A stretch of DNA of 64,000 bases from Perna viridis (lineage: Eukaryota): contig CM074511.1 of NCBI GenBank assembly GCA_037379345.1, forward strand, positions 18,600,001 through 18,664,000, written 5' to 3'. Both the position numbers and the translations under genes were made by a program. Shown in pieces: positions 38,282 to 53,200 of this stretch (position 1 is its first letter; each line of letters starts with the position of its first letter). A model generated the notes under the pieces. It was not told the DNA's origin. It made no database searches and saw only the letters and a list, made by a program, of their open reading frames with translations.

Positions 38282-41200
38282 CTGGGAAAAAAAATTAATA
38301 AATAAAGATACATGTATATAGAATTACACTTGGGCAATTTGGTTTTGTCAGAAAAACAAAATATTTTTTAAAAATCTTAATTTCAGAATTAACAAAATCT
38401 TTCAAAAGTTTATCACTACATTTATGCTTTTATCAATATGGCAAGATAAAGCTTACTTGTGTTTGTCCCATCGACCACCATCTAAGAATAGACCGTACAC
38501 ATAGCAACCATCATCTGGATGTTCAGTCATCATATCATGTGGCAGAACCTGTTGATATATAGTTTAAACTTCAAGTAAAACAAGCATGATAACATTGGTT
38601 GTTTAGGTTTAACAAATAACAAAATGGATTAGACACAAAAGCAATAACATATTTAAGAAGTCTTCTCCAGAAATAGTAATAATTCACAATATATAAAGTA
38701 ACAATGACAAAGCCACTAGGAGTAACCACAGACCAGGTGCAGTGATTGGGCAATCTTCAATCTAATTATTAATTAAAAAAATGTGATTTCGGAGAAAATC
38801 CTTGCCACAATGATACTTTCTGTCGTCACAATTAACAAGAGTAATGTGTTATAAGTTGGCTTTAAAGTAAGTATTTGTTGTGCAATTGAAGACAACCCTG
38901 AGATAAATATAATCTTAACTTACCTCAAAATCAAATCCTAGTGTGTCAATAGGGATAGTGTACTTCCTAGCAAAGTTCTGCATGACACCTGTCAGGAAAG
39001 CTTGGGTGAAGAAGAATCCAGATATCCAGAATGATGCTGGCTTTCCCTCATCATACCATTTCTACAACATATCAGTATCATTAAATTGGACTTTAGAAAT
39101 TAGATCTTTGACATTCAAGTAGGGCAAAATACTAGACTCAGCAAGTCTTTGCAAGAAAAGTATATCAAAATTCTCATAATTATCAGCAAACTGAGATAAA
39201 AAGAATCGTATTCAAAGTGTAACTTACCTGTAAGAATTTCAGTCTATCTAAGAAGTCATTGATGTAGCTTCCTAGAGGTTTTAGTGATGGGTATGACCTC
39301 TTAGACCACATGGCAGGTAATTGACCAATCGTCAGACTGTTTGATAGTTGTTCTAGTTCAGCAGACATGACCACTAAACCTTTAATGGCTTTCTGTATGT
39401 TTACCAAACTGGTTCGGATTATTGACAGCAATCTATGTAGACATAAGAATATTGATATATGATGTTAATGGTGTTTTTCTATCCTAAAGAGCTCTTCTTT
39501 ATAAAATTGTAAAAATATACTTTGATGCTGAGGTCAGTGTCAATTTTTGATTAAATATATTTGTGTGGATGTAATAATATCAAAGAGGTAATTTTTGTAT
39601 TTGCATAGCAACTAAACTATACAAAACTTTGGAAGCTTAGAAAGTTGTTGAGAATTAAATTTCTTTTCTTACCTAATTTCAATTCTTTGATTGATAATTG
39701 TTGTTCATTACATTGTTTAATTCTTTTCTTCTAAATTATTTTACAATAAAAATCACATTTATTGACCTTTTTTTCACAGTGTATTGTAAAAGTCATTAAT
39801 TTGTTGTATAAGTAAAATAAGTCAGTAGAACATGAAGTGGAAATGGCCTGTAAAAGCTTGTTGCCAAATCCTATTGACTTTTTAATAAATCGTATATTGT
39901 ACATTATATTTTCAAAATGTGTTTAATTTTCGATAAAACAGGTTTAATCTAATTAAATTTCCATAATGACATTTCTTTCATTTCATCACACAATACAATG
40001 ATACAAAAAAAATCTTTTTGCAATTTAAAAACTATGCAATTAATTGGCTGTAATCACAATAGCATTACTTACGTATTGAATCTTTCCATTTCCTGTACAA
40101 GGACAGTATTCATACTCTCAGAGTACAGTACAGGATATTTTTTAGTTGCTACTTCTATGTCATAATTCTTTGGAAGCTAGACGAAGGAAACAAAATATGC
40201 TATATCACATCAGAAAATTGTGTTGATACCATATATTGAAATAAATATATGCAACTCATATAACATGTTTTCATAACAAGCAATCAGAAGGAAACACATT
40301 TACAAATGAGTTTTAAAAGCTTGGTTCAGATTTCCTTTCATTTACATTAATTTAGAATAGAATGTGATTTGACAAACAAAATATGTTCTAATTACGGTAA
40401 TATAAAGTCTCACAGGATGGTAAAGAGAAAATCATCATTCTGTACCCAACCATGAACCTCTTGTTTAAATACCATAGCAAGGATGTTCCTAGCAATAGTG
40501 TAGAAAGAAGTCCATCAAACTGGTGTAGACAGAATCATTTGCCTGTCCATCAAACTAACCTCCCCCTTAACCTACCTTTGCCAGAATGTCACCAGGTAGA
40601 GAGAATCATGGACCTGTCTATCATACTAACCCCCTTAACATACCTTAGCCAGAATGTCACCAGCAATGGTGTAGAGAGAATCATCAGCCTGTCCTCCTCC
40701 GTGACCACCACCTCTGCCCTCTGTTAACAGCACTGAAGTAAACAGTAGTTTTGTATCCTGCATGTCTTTAGAAATGTCCACATTTTCGTGCATGCCAAAT
40801 ATTTCTGGTTGCTGGTTCATTGGTAAATTCTGAAAAAAAAAAAAAAAAAAAGACCATAATCTAAACAGTTACATAGATTAAAAAAAAAAGTGATATGGCT
40901 TTTTTGAATACTTTGATAAAATTCTTTAATTTATTGAAGTTGTCCAGAATTTCTCAGTCTACTAACAACTAACAGCACTTACCCTAATAAATTCAACATA
41001 ATCCTCATATGACATCTTAGGTGGAGAGAAGTAGTTGCCACTGGGTGAAAACTTGTAACGAGCCTCATTAATGATATTTGGAGTGTAGAAATCCCTTAGA
41101 ATAGCCCTGAGAACGCGCCTATCCCAGTCATCTGTGACACGACCACCATAGTTGCATTCTCCAGTCATATAAATAATGGCATCAAATGGAACCTCTTCAT

Positions 41201-44200
41201 ACTCATTGATAAACATCTAGAGATACAAAAAGAATGGTTCATTACGAAGTTTAATTTGACTTGATTTATGAAAAGAAATGGCAATGATAGGTATATTTAA
41301 AATAGGAGAAAAAAATTCAGATATGAAGGGCATTTAAAATTCCCTTTAAGAGATTTTTCTTGTGCTATGATGGCAGAAACTAGCGTTGTGTTCAACTGAT
41401 TTTAGAACTTTTCATTATGACACATAAAAGTGAAAAATAAACAGTACAGAACAAAGAAAAATTTGTTGAATTACATTAAAAAAATATTTAAATTTAAAAA
41501 CAGAACACTTAATTATTTCATACCAAGATACTATTCACTCTACCTCTTACCTGAAGTTGTCTGACAGAGATTCTAAGATCAGACTCATTAAATCCATAAG
41601 GTATGTTCCATCCAAGAGGTCCAAATTTACGTCTCTCCTGAACCAAGGCATGGAAGAAACACAGTCCATACAGCAACTTCTCAAAATTCTGCAAGCGGAA
41701 AAATATATAGTCCTTGTCTTTTAATACACAATTTTCACGCTATCATAAAACTTTATTGATATTTCTGGCACTTAAAACTAAATACACAATCACATAGTTG
41801 AGAGATAAATTGATGAAAAAAATTTTGCAACAAATAAACTGAATTTCAGAACTATTGCTAATGAACTTCACAATAACTTGCTTTGAGAATGAATTTAAAC
41901 TAAAAAAAAAAAAAAAAAAATTATTGTAACCCTACATGTTCCTTCCCAGGACATCCGACAAAGAATTCAGCATCACTGATGGGGTCATTGAGGTAAGATT
42001 GTAGTAAATTCTGTCTAAGTCCTGTTGGTGGTTCATTGGTCATCTTTACTCCATTCTGTAATACTGTAACTGGGAACTGTAACAAATAATTAGTCATCAT
42101 AGCCATTAAATCTAATATATTTGAAGAATATCCTGCTTGGTTGATGGGACAGTACATACCCCTTCATCAAAACAATCATCAGGCCTCAGTAATATTTCAA
42201 CCTTACAGGTTATATGGTAGATCAATTTCATTAATAAACAATCAATTTTACAGGGGCAACAATAGAATTCATAAATAATACATGATAGTGGAAAAAAGAT
42301 GTGGGAAATGTTTATGAGACATCCAGAAAGCAGCCATATATAGAAAAAACAAACAATAAGAGGACACTATTCTATACCTTATCTGATGGGTAGCTGGTGA
42401 GCCACAGTCTGAACTCTGGGTGAGTATTATCTGGTGTAAAGTCCTCACAGGTTTTTTCCAGAGGTGTCATCCATGATACAGCCAAATGACAGTTCTGTAA
42501 CATTACCCAGCTTCCCTCTTCTCTGGCTTGCTGGATCATCTTAGTAGCAATAGGTCCCTGTCACGAAATAAAAATACAATTTCAATGCTCTTCAAAATGA
42601 TTTATAAGATCAAATCCTGAATTATTTCATTATTTTTATACATTGGCTAATAATTTGTTGCTTGAACACAATAGACCCTTTTGTGCTAGCTGCGGGATAG
42701 TTGATGAGCATACGTGCTCAATACACACTTCCACGAGGAAAATTCTTTTGTTCTACCCAAGCCCTATCTCACGGAAGTGTCTATTGAGCATGCTCATCAA
42801 CTTACCACAAAAGAGTATGAATTGAAAAATCTATTGACACATATATAAGGGTGTTGAGATTGTCATGGGAAACAATGATAGTTCTTGATACAAGCACTTT
42901 AACACTGGTATAACATCACACTCAATTAGTACTTTTAATATTATTAAATCATGGTATTCAACGTTTGTCCAGCCCTCTAACACATTTGTATTAATTATTA
43001 GCCATAACAACTTACCTGTCCTTGACCTAAAGAAATAGAGTTGAATTTGTTTCCTCCAAAACCTTTGTCTTCTGCAAACTTCAACAAGGCCATGGTTGGA
43101 TCAGCTCCTGGTGACAACACAAAAATCAATGGAGCACAACAGTTAGAGTCAGCATAACTCTTGGCCAAATCAAATGGTGGAGGCTCAACAAACTTCTTAC
43201 CAAGCTTATCCTTCACAAAGTTATTTATGGCTGGTATAATCTGCAGAAGAAGAGAAAACATAAAGTCCAATCTTCATCAAGCAGAGATAAAAACCTAAAC
43301 AAATTTTGCACTGTGTCACTACATGGAACAAAAAAAACCCAAACAAACAAACAAACAGACAAACAAATGAAAAAAAGACCCTTCTAACCATGTAACCTAG
43401 GCAGGTTATGAGATATTTTTAAAACAGTCCATTGCTCAGTCTGTTTTTCTGTAGTATATTGTCTTTGTTCAAAAATCCATTTATTTCTAATTTCAGTATA
43501 AAATACTACATAAAATGTCTATGTCAGTGGAAAACAAACTACAGTGAACAAAGAAAAATTTGGAACAAACCTTGTCAGGTCTGATACAACGTAAAATCAA
43601 CATTCTCTGGAATTCATTCAAGTCTGATTGGAAAGGAGCAGGTAACTCTTCATTGTGGGGCTCACGGTAGTTATAGTATTTATTCCATGCCTCCAGATTC
43701 TTCATAAAATGTTCCCTGAAGAAAAATATTGGTGAAACTCTACCTATAAGACAGCTACAGTTATTGTTTGCAGAATACATACTGTATATTGCTGATAACG
43801 TGTTTGATAAGACAAAAATTTAACTCTCAAAACAATTCTTGCATAAAATGGATTGCACCTAATGACTCAATATGACAAAAAGGAACTTGTTTTTCAAAAG
43901 ATACATAACTTAAAAGGTGTTACCTGAAACTAAATATATGGCTCAACAAATTGTCATATGATCTTAATTAAAGATATAAATATTTATATTCATACCTTAG
44001 TTTTTTATAGGATTTAAGATCAGACAGACGACACAACTCATCCCAACTCTTATCAGTCAGCCATGTTGGGGCAGGATTAGAAAGCTTGTTCTCCAAACCG
44101 ACACCTCCAGTCAGGAAGAACATGTATTCCTCTTGATCAAGTTCTTTCTTAGATCTATAACAAAAAAGGACATGAGTTAAACAGAAGGAAATGAACAAAA

Positions 44201-47200
44201 ATTGAACAACAGTGCAAACAGTTAGAATTAATAAATTCATTTATTTTCTTTTTTAAACAAAATTAACCAAATATATAACACTTAAAATTATTGCACTAGA
44301 AATAAAAATAAGATTTACATTTTTGTACATACATGTCAATACAAAAGTCAAATTTCATAAGTACAATATGGGTAAAAAATGTATTTCAATTCAAATGGAA
44401 GGATGCTCATTTCAATTAACTTAAAATGTCTCTACTAACAGTGGCACTATATCCTTATCATAACATGATATGAGTTAAATCTGAATATAATCAATGTCAA
44501 GTAAAATAGTTTAAAGTAAATTAAAGATACTGCATGCAATGAACAAACAATGTAACAAATTTGAAACATGCGACTCAGATCATTAGAGAACAAAGCAGTA
44601 GATTTCTTCATCTTACAGGAGAACAGTGACCTAAAAAGCTTATTACAATTAACAAGCAGAGATTCAACCAAAAGGATTTATCTCCCTTGGTCATTTTTTT
44701 TTTGCAGCTTGTTGGATCACTGTATTGGGAAGAGAAATCTGCAATAGAACACAAAAAACACTCACATGAAAGGTGAATTCCTTTATAACAGAAGTACTCA
44801 GTATGAAGCCATAGATTATTCCATATAGTAATGTAAAGTCTAACCATATCGTGTGTAGTAACTTGAACCTTATGCATATCCATAATACATTTACTGATAA
44901 ATCTTGAGTTGATTAAAATATCCAACTTATATATATTAGAAGTGTTGTGATGGGATACCAAACTTATTTGCATAAGCACTACAGTGAAATTTCTATAGCA
45001 AAATTGATAAAAATCGATAAATATCATTTAAATGATCTTACTATGTTTTAAGATTTTCCTTGAAAATCTTACCATTAAAGTTGACATTAAAAGCTACCAA
45101 GCATGGGTTTAACCCAAAGAGAAAGCAAATACATCAAACAAAGCTCTATCTTTAAACTGATAGTACTACCTGCCTTTTGTTTATGTAAATATTACACCAA
45201 CAAACAAAAACAGGGAATTAATTGAACATTAAATGATACCCTGTGTAGCTGGGTATAAAAATTAAGTGTGAAAAATCATTAGGGTGAAAACTTGATTATA
45301 TCAACAAACAACAATAAAATTAACTTGACTTGTAAAAACAATATATGATGCTAACAAAATGTTAAATATGGGTAACATGTTATATATATGATTTTCAGGT
45401 TTAAAACGCTCAAATAAGAAAAAGTAAGAATATTATCACACAAACCAACACACAAGAACTTAAAAGGAATCCAACACACTTCAGTCCTGATGGACCTTCT
45501 CTACTTACTTTAGGATATTAGCAGTAAGAACAAAAGAAAAGAGAAGTTTGTCTTTCTCAAATAATGAGCGACAAACATTACAGTATAAACTGTATGTAAA
45601 GTGGTCAGAAAGGTATCTTAAACGTCTCTCCAGGATCTTGGATTTGTTGCTGAAAAAATGAAAAGATGATAGCAGAGTAAGAATATTGTGTTACTAGCCA
45701 AGTAGTCTGTTCTCCACAGGGCACCACTGAAAGATCTGATACAACATTTTACATGCTGATGTTAGTGCTACTAGAGTATTTATTCACTTGAACCATTATC
45801 TCAAGAAGTCAACAACATCAGAGTTTAAATTGTCTAAATTGTATTTAAGTGAGGATAATCAGCATTCAATAAAAATTTTGATAACCCATAGTCCTCCTCT
45901 TAAAGACCTGATTTTAAGATATAGTTAGAAAAGTAGAAGAACAGATTTTATTATTGTAATACATGTACATGCAATTCTAAACTAATCTACATATTAAAAC
46001 TAGCCTTGAATCTACAAGATCAGGTCTGACTGATAATGTTATTGACTTCTTGATGTTTTGCTACCAGGTTCCATGCAATGTTTGATTACAGTGCTACTGA
46101 TTGATTGGTTGCTGGAAGGCATTAAAGTTCTGATTTATCTCCCTTGAAAGTTTATAATGACCAAATAATATCATACAGTAAACAAAAACATATTTATTTA
46201 TTGTCAAACCTCAATTTCAACTGTTATAGATGCTATAGGTTAAAACTGATAAGTTGGCAATTTTGTTTTGGAGTCCAAATTACCCAGTAACCTGGTAGAA
46301 GGATATAATCATCCTTTATGCCTTCCATCACTATTCCATTCTACTCCTGATGTATATATGTCTAGTGAGTGGTTCTGAGTACATTATCTACTCATTCATA
46401 CTCACAACAATAGGTTTGCACAGAGCAGGAATGAAAACACCAACTTGTGGTGAGCAAATAATGATCTAGTAATGTTATCGTATAACTGAAACTGGAAATG
46501 GTCGTTCAGGTAGCGTAATCGTCGCTCCAGTATCTTTGATTTATTGCTGTAAACAAACCAAGCCTTTTACTGACATACGGTTATCAACTTTATGTGTCAT
46601 GTAAGTACTTGTACATGTTGTACTCATCATTTTAACACTAATACTGATTTTTCACACTGAGATATTTTCAATATAACATCAAAGATGTACTTTCATCAAC
46701 ATGATCATGGATGTTTAACAACAATATAATATCATACTGATATTGATGTACCAATAAAAAGAACAAGATCAGTTTGAAGGCCTTGACAGTAATTATCAAA
46801 TTTTGTCCCTTAAGTTCTCTGCCAAAATGGAGGCATTTTTCTTTTAACCTTAAACATTGGCTTTATTCTATGTAAATTTTCCTGATATATTTGTTTCCTC
46901 TTCACACTTCAGTTTAATCTTTTTCTGTCAATCTATTAGTGATTGAAGTTATTATAAACACATACACCAATGACTGACAACATGATCTATATTGATGTTC
47001 TGAAGGAAATGACTTCATGCTGAATTTGAAGCATCAATTTATAAACAACAGCAAATTATATAGGGAGAGTATACAGGTTAGAAATTCCTACAAATAAATT
47101 GATTTGTCAATATACCATGAAACATTATTATACATCATAATTACACATAAAACATTCTAAAAAAAAAAAATACAAATAAACTGTTATCACAGATATGTCT

Positions 47201-50200
47201 TGCCTATCAAACATGGACACTATTATTCAACACTTGATTGATGGTGTCAGTGTTACTAATGATTTATATAATATTAATTCAAGCATTTGACTCCATCAAA
47301 GTGGACAGATTACTCGTGTATAGTTTATTGTTTGAATGTGTGGAACAGTGACGAAGTGATCATCTGGAGGTCAATAGACCATGACTACTGGGGCATATGC
47401 TGGAAATTTAGAATCAGTAATGTTAATGCAGCTGCATACCAAATATGAATGACCTAACATAAGTGGTTCATATCAAACTGACCTAATTTGTTGAAGTGAT
47501 GAAGTCTTCTTTAATGCATATCTTTTCACTTCCATGATATTTTTGTTTGTTTTTTATTTAATTGTACTTTACTAAAACTTTGCTATGGATAACCTTACCT
47601 TTCCTGAATTGATAATATGTACAGGTTGACAAACCATGTCAATGAATACTGGTACATAGGGTCAATATTTGGAAGATCAGCGATGGAGAAAAACAGGATG
47701 GAGGAGTGTTTGGCAATGGGACGGTAGCCCATTCTAGAAGCATCAATCTTCTGTTCTGTTTCCTCAGCAATCTAAAATGTAAGTTATCCAACATGAAATT
47801 AACCTGAACATGCAGTTAGACCCATATAAACCTAGACCATGTCCTTTATTTAAGTCTTTATGCATTTTTTAAACCATTGATATTCTACCACCTCTAATAA
47901 GTGTAGCAATTGAAAGAACATGTTTTATTCAGGTAGAACCTAGGGAACATTTGGTACATTTTTGATCATACCATTTTATTTTGGATTTTCAAAAAGTTTG
48001 CCTAAAAAAATTCTAAAGAACTGGAAAACCAATTTAATTAAATCTGACTTGGGTTCTCCTGGTACCATTATTTTTCTGGTGCCATGCCTAGTTGGCAACT
48101 TGACCATCTTTCAATAATGGTACAAATATCAAATGAGTTTCAACGTCACTATGTGGACAACCTATTTAAACATTTCCATACCTTTTGTTTCTTGGAGATT
48201 TCATCTGACAATATTTTGGAGTTGTCAAGAATCTTAATGGCTGTCTCATCCTCAAGAATGTTACCCTCTGAGGATGATAGTGTATGAAGGATCTTGTCTT
48301 CAATCTCCTTCAATTGTTTCTTATTAGCAGCACTCTGTACAATCAGAGCCTGTCTCTCTTCCTCTAACTCTGGCCTAAAGAAATAAAATGTTTCCATATG
48401 ATTCCTTTACATAGTATTTTTAAAACACACAAGTTTCATGTATTTTGTGTTGTAGACAACAACACAATTGGTGCCCATGAAAATTGTTCTTTTTACAAGA
48501 CCTTTCATTCAACAGAATTATCATTATAAGAACTGAATATTTCAGTCTTTCAAAAATTTTGTGGTTATATTCTCCTGAATTCATAACACTGAATATAGAT
48601 ATGGTCCCTTAGTTAGTTGGCAGGGTTGAAAGAAACTTAAAATAGCTACGTCAAAAATACTAGTAGTCTAGACAAGGTTTATAGAAATAGTCTAGACAAG
48701 GTTTATACTAGTAGTCTAGACAAGGTTTATAGAAATGTATCTTACTTTTCTTTAGCTACAACTATACCCAGGAGCTGATCCTCTAGACCCTCAGGTGTGA
48801 TCATAAAGTTAAGGAGTGACACCTTGACAGCCACCTCTGGTAGATAGTGAGGGTTTCTCAGTTTAGTTGTGATATAGAATTTAAAATCTTTACTGTATTC
48901 AATTACATTTTCTCCTAGTTTGATCATGTCAATGCCAGCTAAAACAGAAATAACATACATTCATAGCAATGATTCTTTGCAGTTAAGAAGGTCAAATACT
49001 ATTCAAGACAATTCTGAAGAATCACCAAGATTTATACATCTTTCATTACAACATGGCATTTGTATTTAGACCTAGCCTGGGAATAAAGAGCTTTAAAATG
49101 TTTTATCTTGACTTGACTTTTTTCAACAAATTTAAATTTGGCTTGATTAAGTTGCTTTGAGCACAAAAGTGCAGTCAGGACTCTAATCATATAGAAATTA
49201 TTACAGAATCATTAAAGATCCAACATTTCTGTGGTAGTAGTACTGCATACCTTGTTTGTACGTTTGTTTCAATAACAAAGGTTCCAGTGAAGGATCCAAC
49301 TCTTCAGCTACATTCTCCAGGAGACAGGGATATCCAAAGGTGATACAGTTCTCCAGAGTTCTCATGTAGTCAGAATCTGTCAGCTTGATGACTGCTAACT
49401 TATGTTCCTTCTCCATACTCTTGACCCATTTGTTGGCCTGACCTTGAGGATCTATCATCAGGGGCCTGAATTTGAAGAAAAACAATTAGGAAGTTATCCA
49501 TTTTATCTAATCAAAAAAATAATTTCAGACCACTGTGTTTCTAGAAGTCAAAACTGCTTACCAGCAACGTAATTTTTAAAAATGGCCATCATCAAACATT
49601 TTTGTGCATAGAATGCTGGTTTATGATTTTTTGTTAGATTTCCTAAAATTTAATTAAACTGATCAAGGGCCAACTACCATCCCCACTCTATCTAACATTC
49701 ATATTTTTAGCATTAAAATAATACAAGAAACCAATGAAATCATTTATTGACATTTTTCTGATATCTATTTGTTCCTAGTAAGTGGAGTATTGTATTACCA
49801 TCTTCTAGAATTTGCAACAATAACACCATTGTCAATGGAAAAACTGTCTCTAGGTAAACCATGGATATTCCATGCCTGGATCTTGATTGGCTCTCCAAGG
49901 GTCTTACTCAGGGAGAAGTCCTGAGAACATGGAATCTTCTTTTCCTGTGAGAGAATATAGACAATAAAAATTACAGCAGCCAGTAACTATAGCTGTAAGT
50001 GCAAAAATTAGTGTGGGTGAATGTCATTTCTAGTAAGGGATCCGATATTTTGTTATCATAAGAGCAATACCTACCTTTTCCTATGATAAATACATTAAAA
50101 CTATCAATTATTCAGTAAAAGTACATATATATTAGGAACAAGTAACTTCAATTCAATTATAGGAAAATTCTGAAAAATTTTTCTTACAATTAACATTTAA

Positions 50201-53200
50201 TAAAAAACATTTTAAAAGAAACACAACTACACATTTTTGGTGCATTTCCAAAGCTTGGGCAAAATCTACTAAAAACATATCAATTCTGGCTTCAAATAAC
50301 AGTTTTTCTTTCAAAATCTACACACTAATTTTCTAAGAGACAACCAGTGTTGTCTTATTTCTATCAAATATAAAAAAACTACGCTAAGGACAGGTGATGA
50401 AAATTAATCTTTAAAAGCAAAGTTTCACATCAAAACATGTACACACTAAATCTACATTAATGAAGAAACTATTTTCCAAAGGATATCTTTTAGTTAATGT
50501 AGGACAATTCTATCTAGAAGGAAACAAAGGACTAAGATTCTTTATAGTACATACCCTCTCCTATTTAGTAAGATAAAACCAGGAATAAAAAAATTGTTAT
50601 ACAATCAGAGCTCATAACAGAAGAAACAGGTAACTATACAATATTTTGTTTATACTTTACATAACAAGATTTCTTTTCATCAATGAATGAAGAAAATCCA
50701 TAAAACTGAAATAATACTTTCATCGAGTTTGATCACATCGAATCAGCAAAAATTTTGAATATAAGATCATTCTAAACTTACCGTACAAACTTTAACCCAA
50801 TCTTTTGTGCATTCATCTCTGAATGATATGGTGAAGGGACCAAGGTAGGCAATAACACCAGCAGCAATCAACACATCACCAACTAAATTATCAAAAATAT
50901 TCTGCAAGTTTGTAGCAGCTACTGTCCATCTATCTTTCTCTCCTCCAAGTCCACCAATCAGTTTCTCAGCTCTTTCTAATTTCTTGGCACACAAGTCAAC
51001 CTGGAACTCCAAATTTTCTTTCTTTTCAACCATTTCCTGGAATGTGGCACGCAGATCAGCCAAGCGTTTCTCAACTGCTGCCAATTCAGCACGTTTGGCA
51101 TTTAGCAGTGTCATTGTCTTGTTCAAGTCATCTTCAGCTTCTTTCAAAGCTATCTTCTTAGGAGCTACCACCTTTGCAACTCTATCATATATCTCCATGG
51201 CCAAGATCCACTTACACAGACCTTCAGCAGCTGAAGAAGCATTGGCTACCTTGGCAGGGTCAAAATCTGGGTTGGTAATGAATTCCTTACGAATCTTTGT
51301 CATTACATGTACCTATCAAAGATCCAGAGATTTGAATAATTGTAAATTTGAAAGAAAAAAACATTTCGTTAATATACATCATGACATGGAAATTGATTTG
51401 AGTAAATAGATAGAACTAAATAAAATGAGCATTTCATTCCCTATTATTAAACTAAATCTATAAAAATTAGAGAGGATTTTACAAGGAACAACAGGTATGC
51501 AGAAATTGGTAAAACTGGAAGTAAATAAACTGTAATATAAAGAATCCTTACGGTAAAATCCAGATTAGAAAATATGGATACCTGCCAAAAAGAGGAAGAA
51601 AATCATCCCTGAAAAATGAATGACCTCACATATATTATCAACATCTCCTATACTCACGGGAATATTATCTCTGTCATAAGCTTTCAGATTAGCCAAGAAG
51701 CTCATGTCACCCAACACTTTCTTGGATGGTCCCCAGAAGTCTAGAATCTTCTGTCCTGGTTTGTCTGGGTCATTGACCCTATCAGGTTTAATGTCCTTCA
51801 TTACACAAACAGCAGCCATCACAAGTTTGACACCAGGTGGGGGGTTCTTCATAGACTTTACAATGACAATGTCAGCAGGCTATTAAATAGAAACAGAATG
51901 TCATTTACTGAAATCAGTAAACGATCCCAGTTTGCTACTCGATCTATAAGAAAGTTAAATTCAGTAGAATAAAAAAGTTTACTGTCATCTTTAACATGTT
52001 TAATGCATAAAAATAAATAGAATTTTTATAACATTTCCAAATCATCCTTTTTTTAGAACAATTGATAATACAATCAGCTACTTCTGAATTGGAGGGATGA
52101 AACATTTGTCTAATAAATATGCTGTCTGGATATCAAGCATAGTATCTAGACATTTGTATACCTTCAGGGTATCCAGAGCAGCTAGGGCAGCTTCAAGAGC
52201 AGGTATAGCTTCAGCCAGTTCAGCTTCACATTCATCTTTCAATGCCTGAGCCTTTGCAGCCTGTTCATTGGCAACAGCTTCATCAGCTTTTACTACTTTA
52301 CTTGTGGCTTCTACTTCAGCCGACTCTTTCTCAATAACTATCATCATCTTTGAGTTTTCCTCAGCAGAAACTACAAGCTGTGGCTGTAGTTCTTCTAATT
52401 CTTTCTGCATGTCTGCAACCTATACAAAAAAAATAGAGTCAAACAGAAGAAAATGTTCTTGTAACTTTAATAAAAAGTAAAGTACTGGTGTGCAAATAGT
52501 CAAGTACGGTTAATAAATTCTAGTTCATGTATATACAACCAATCCCTTTTAATAGCTCAGGCAATGGCAGAATTTTTTGAATATCAAAATATGCCATATC
52601 CTTTTTGCTTTCTGTTTCAACTTTGTATAGCTGAGTCTTGGTAGGCTAAATGCCTACATTTTGAACATAAATTCTCAACACAGTTAAGAATGTAGTCTGA
52701 CAAGTAAAGAAATTTAATGCAGAGTGGATAGTAGGACCTTTAAATTTCTCTATAAGCTTACATAACAAAAGCAGATGAAGGTTGTGTGGGTTGCATTTTT
52801 TTTGCATACCATACAATATACTAAAACAACACATACCTGTGATGCAGCAAAAGCAAGTTTCTCCAGACCCACTACATATCTCCTCTTAGCCTTGGAGATT
52901 TCATCTTGTTTTGACTGCAATAGATTCTTGAATGAGTAAATCAATTCCAAGTAGGATGTTGGAGTGACATAGTTATGTCTGCCCAGGTCATTCAAAAACT
53001 TAGTTGACAGTGTCATGGTACTCTGATGAAAGTATTTGACAATCATTACAGATTCTTTCCTATCATGGTCAGATAGTTCCGTGTTCTCCAAGAATTTGTT
53101 TGCGACTCTCTCTAAAGCATCGTCAGGCCAAGACTACAAAATGGATTACATGCTTGTATTTAAGAGTTAGATTAAAATCTATTCATCCTAATCAAAATAT

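Noticed and set aside
44617-44630. 14-nt AG/GT-bounded segment downstream of the duplicated exons
   Set aside because: Frameshifting and no homology; shows the background rate of pseudo-microexons
51582-51608. 27-nt AG/GT-bounded stop-containing 'poison exon'
   Set aside because: The upstream intron would be only 49 nt; likely chance
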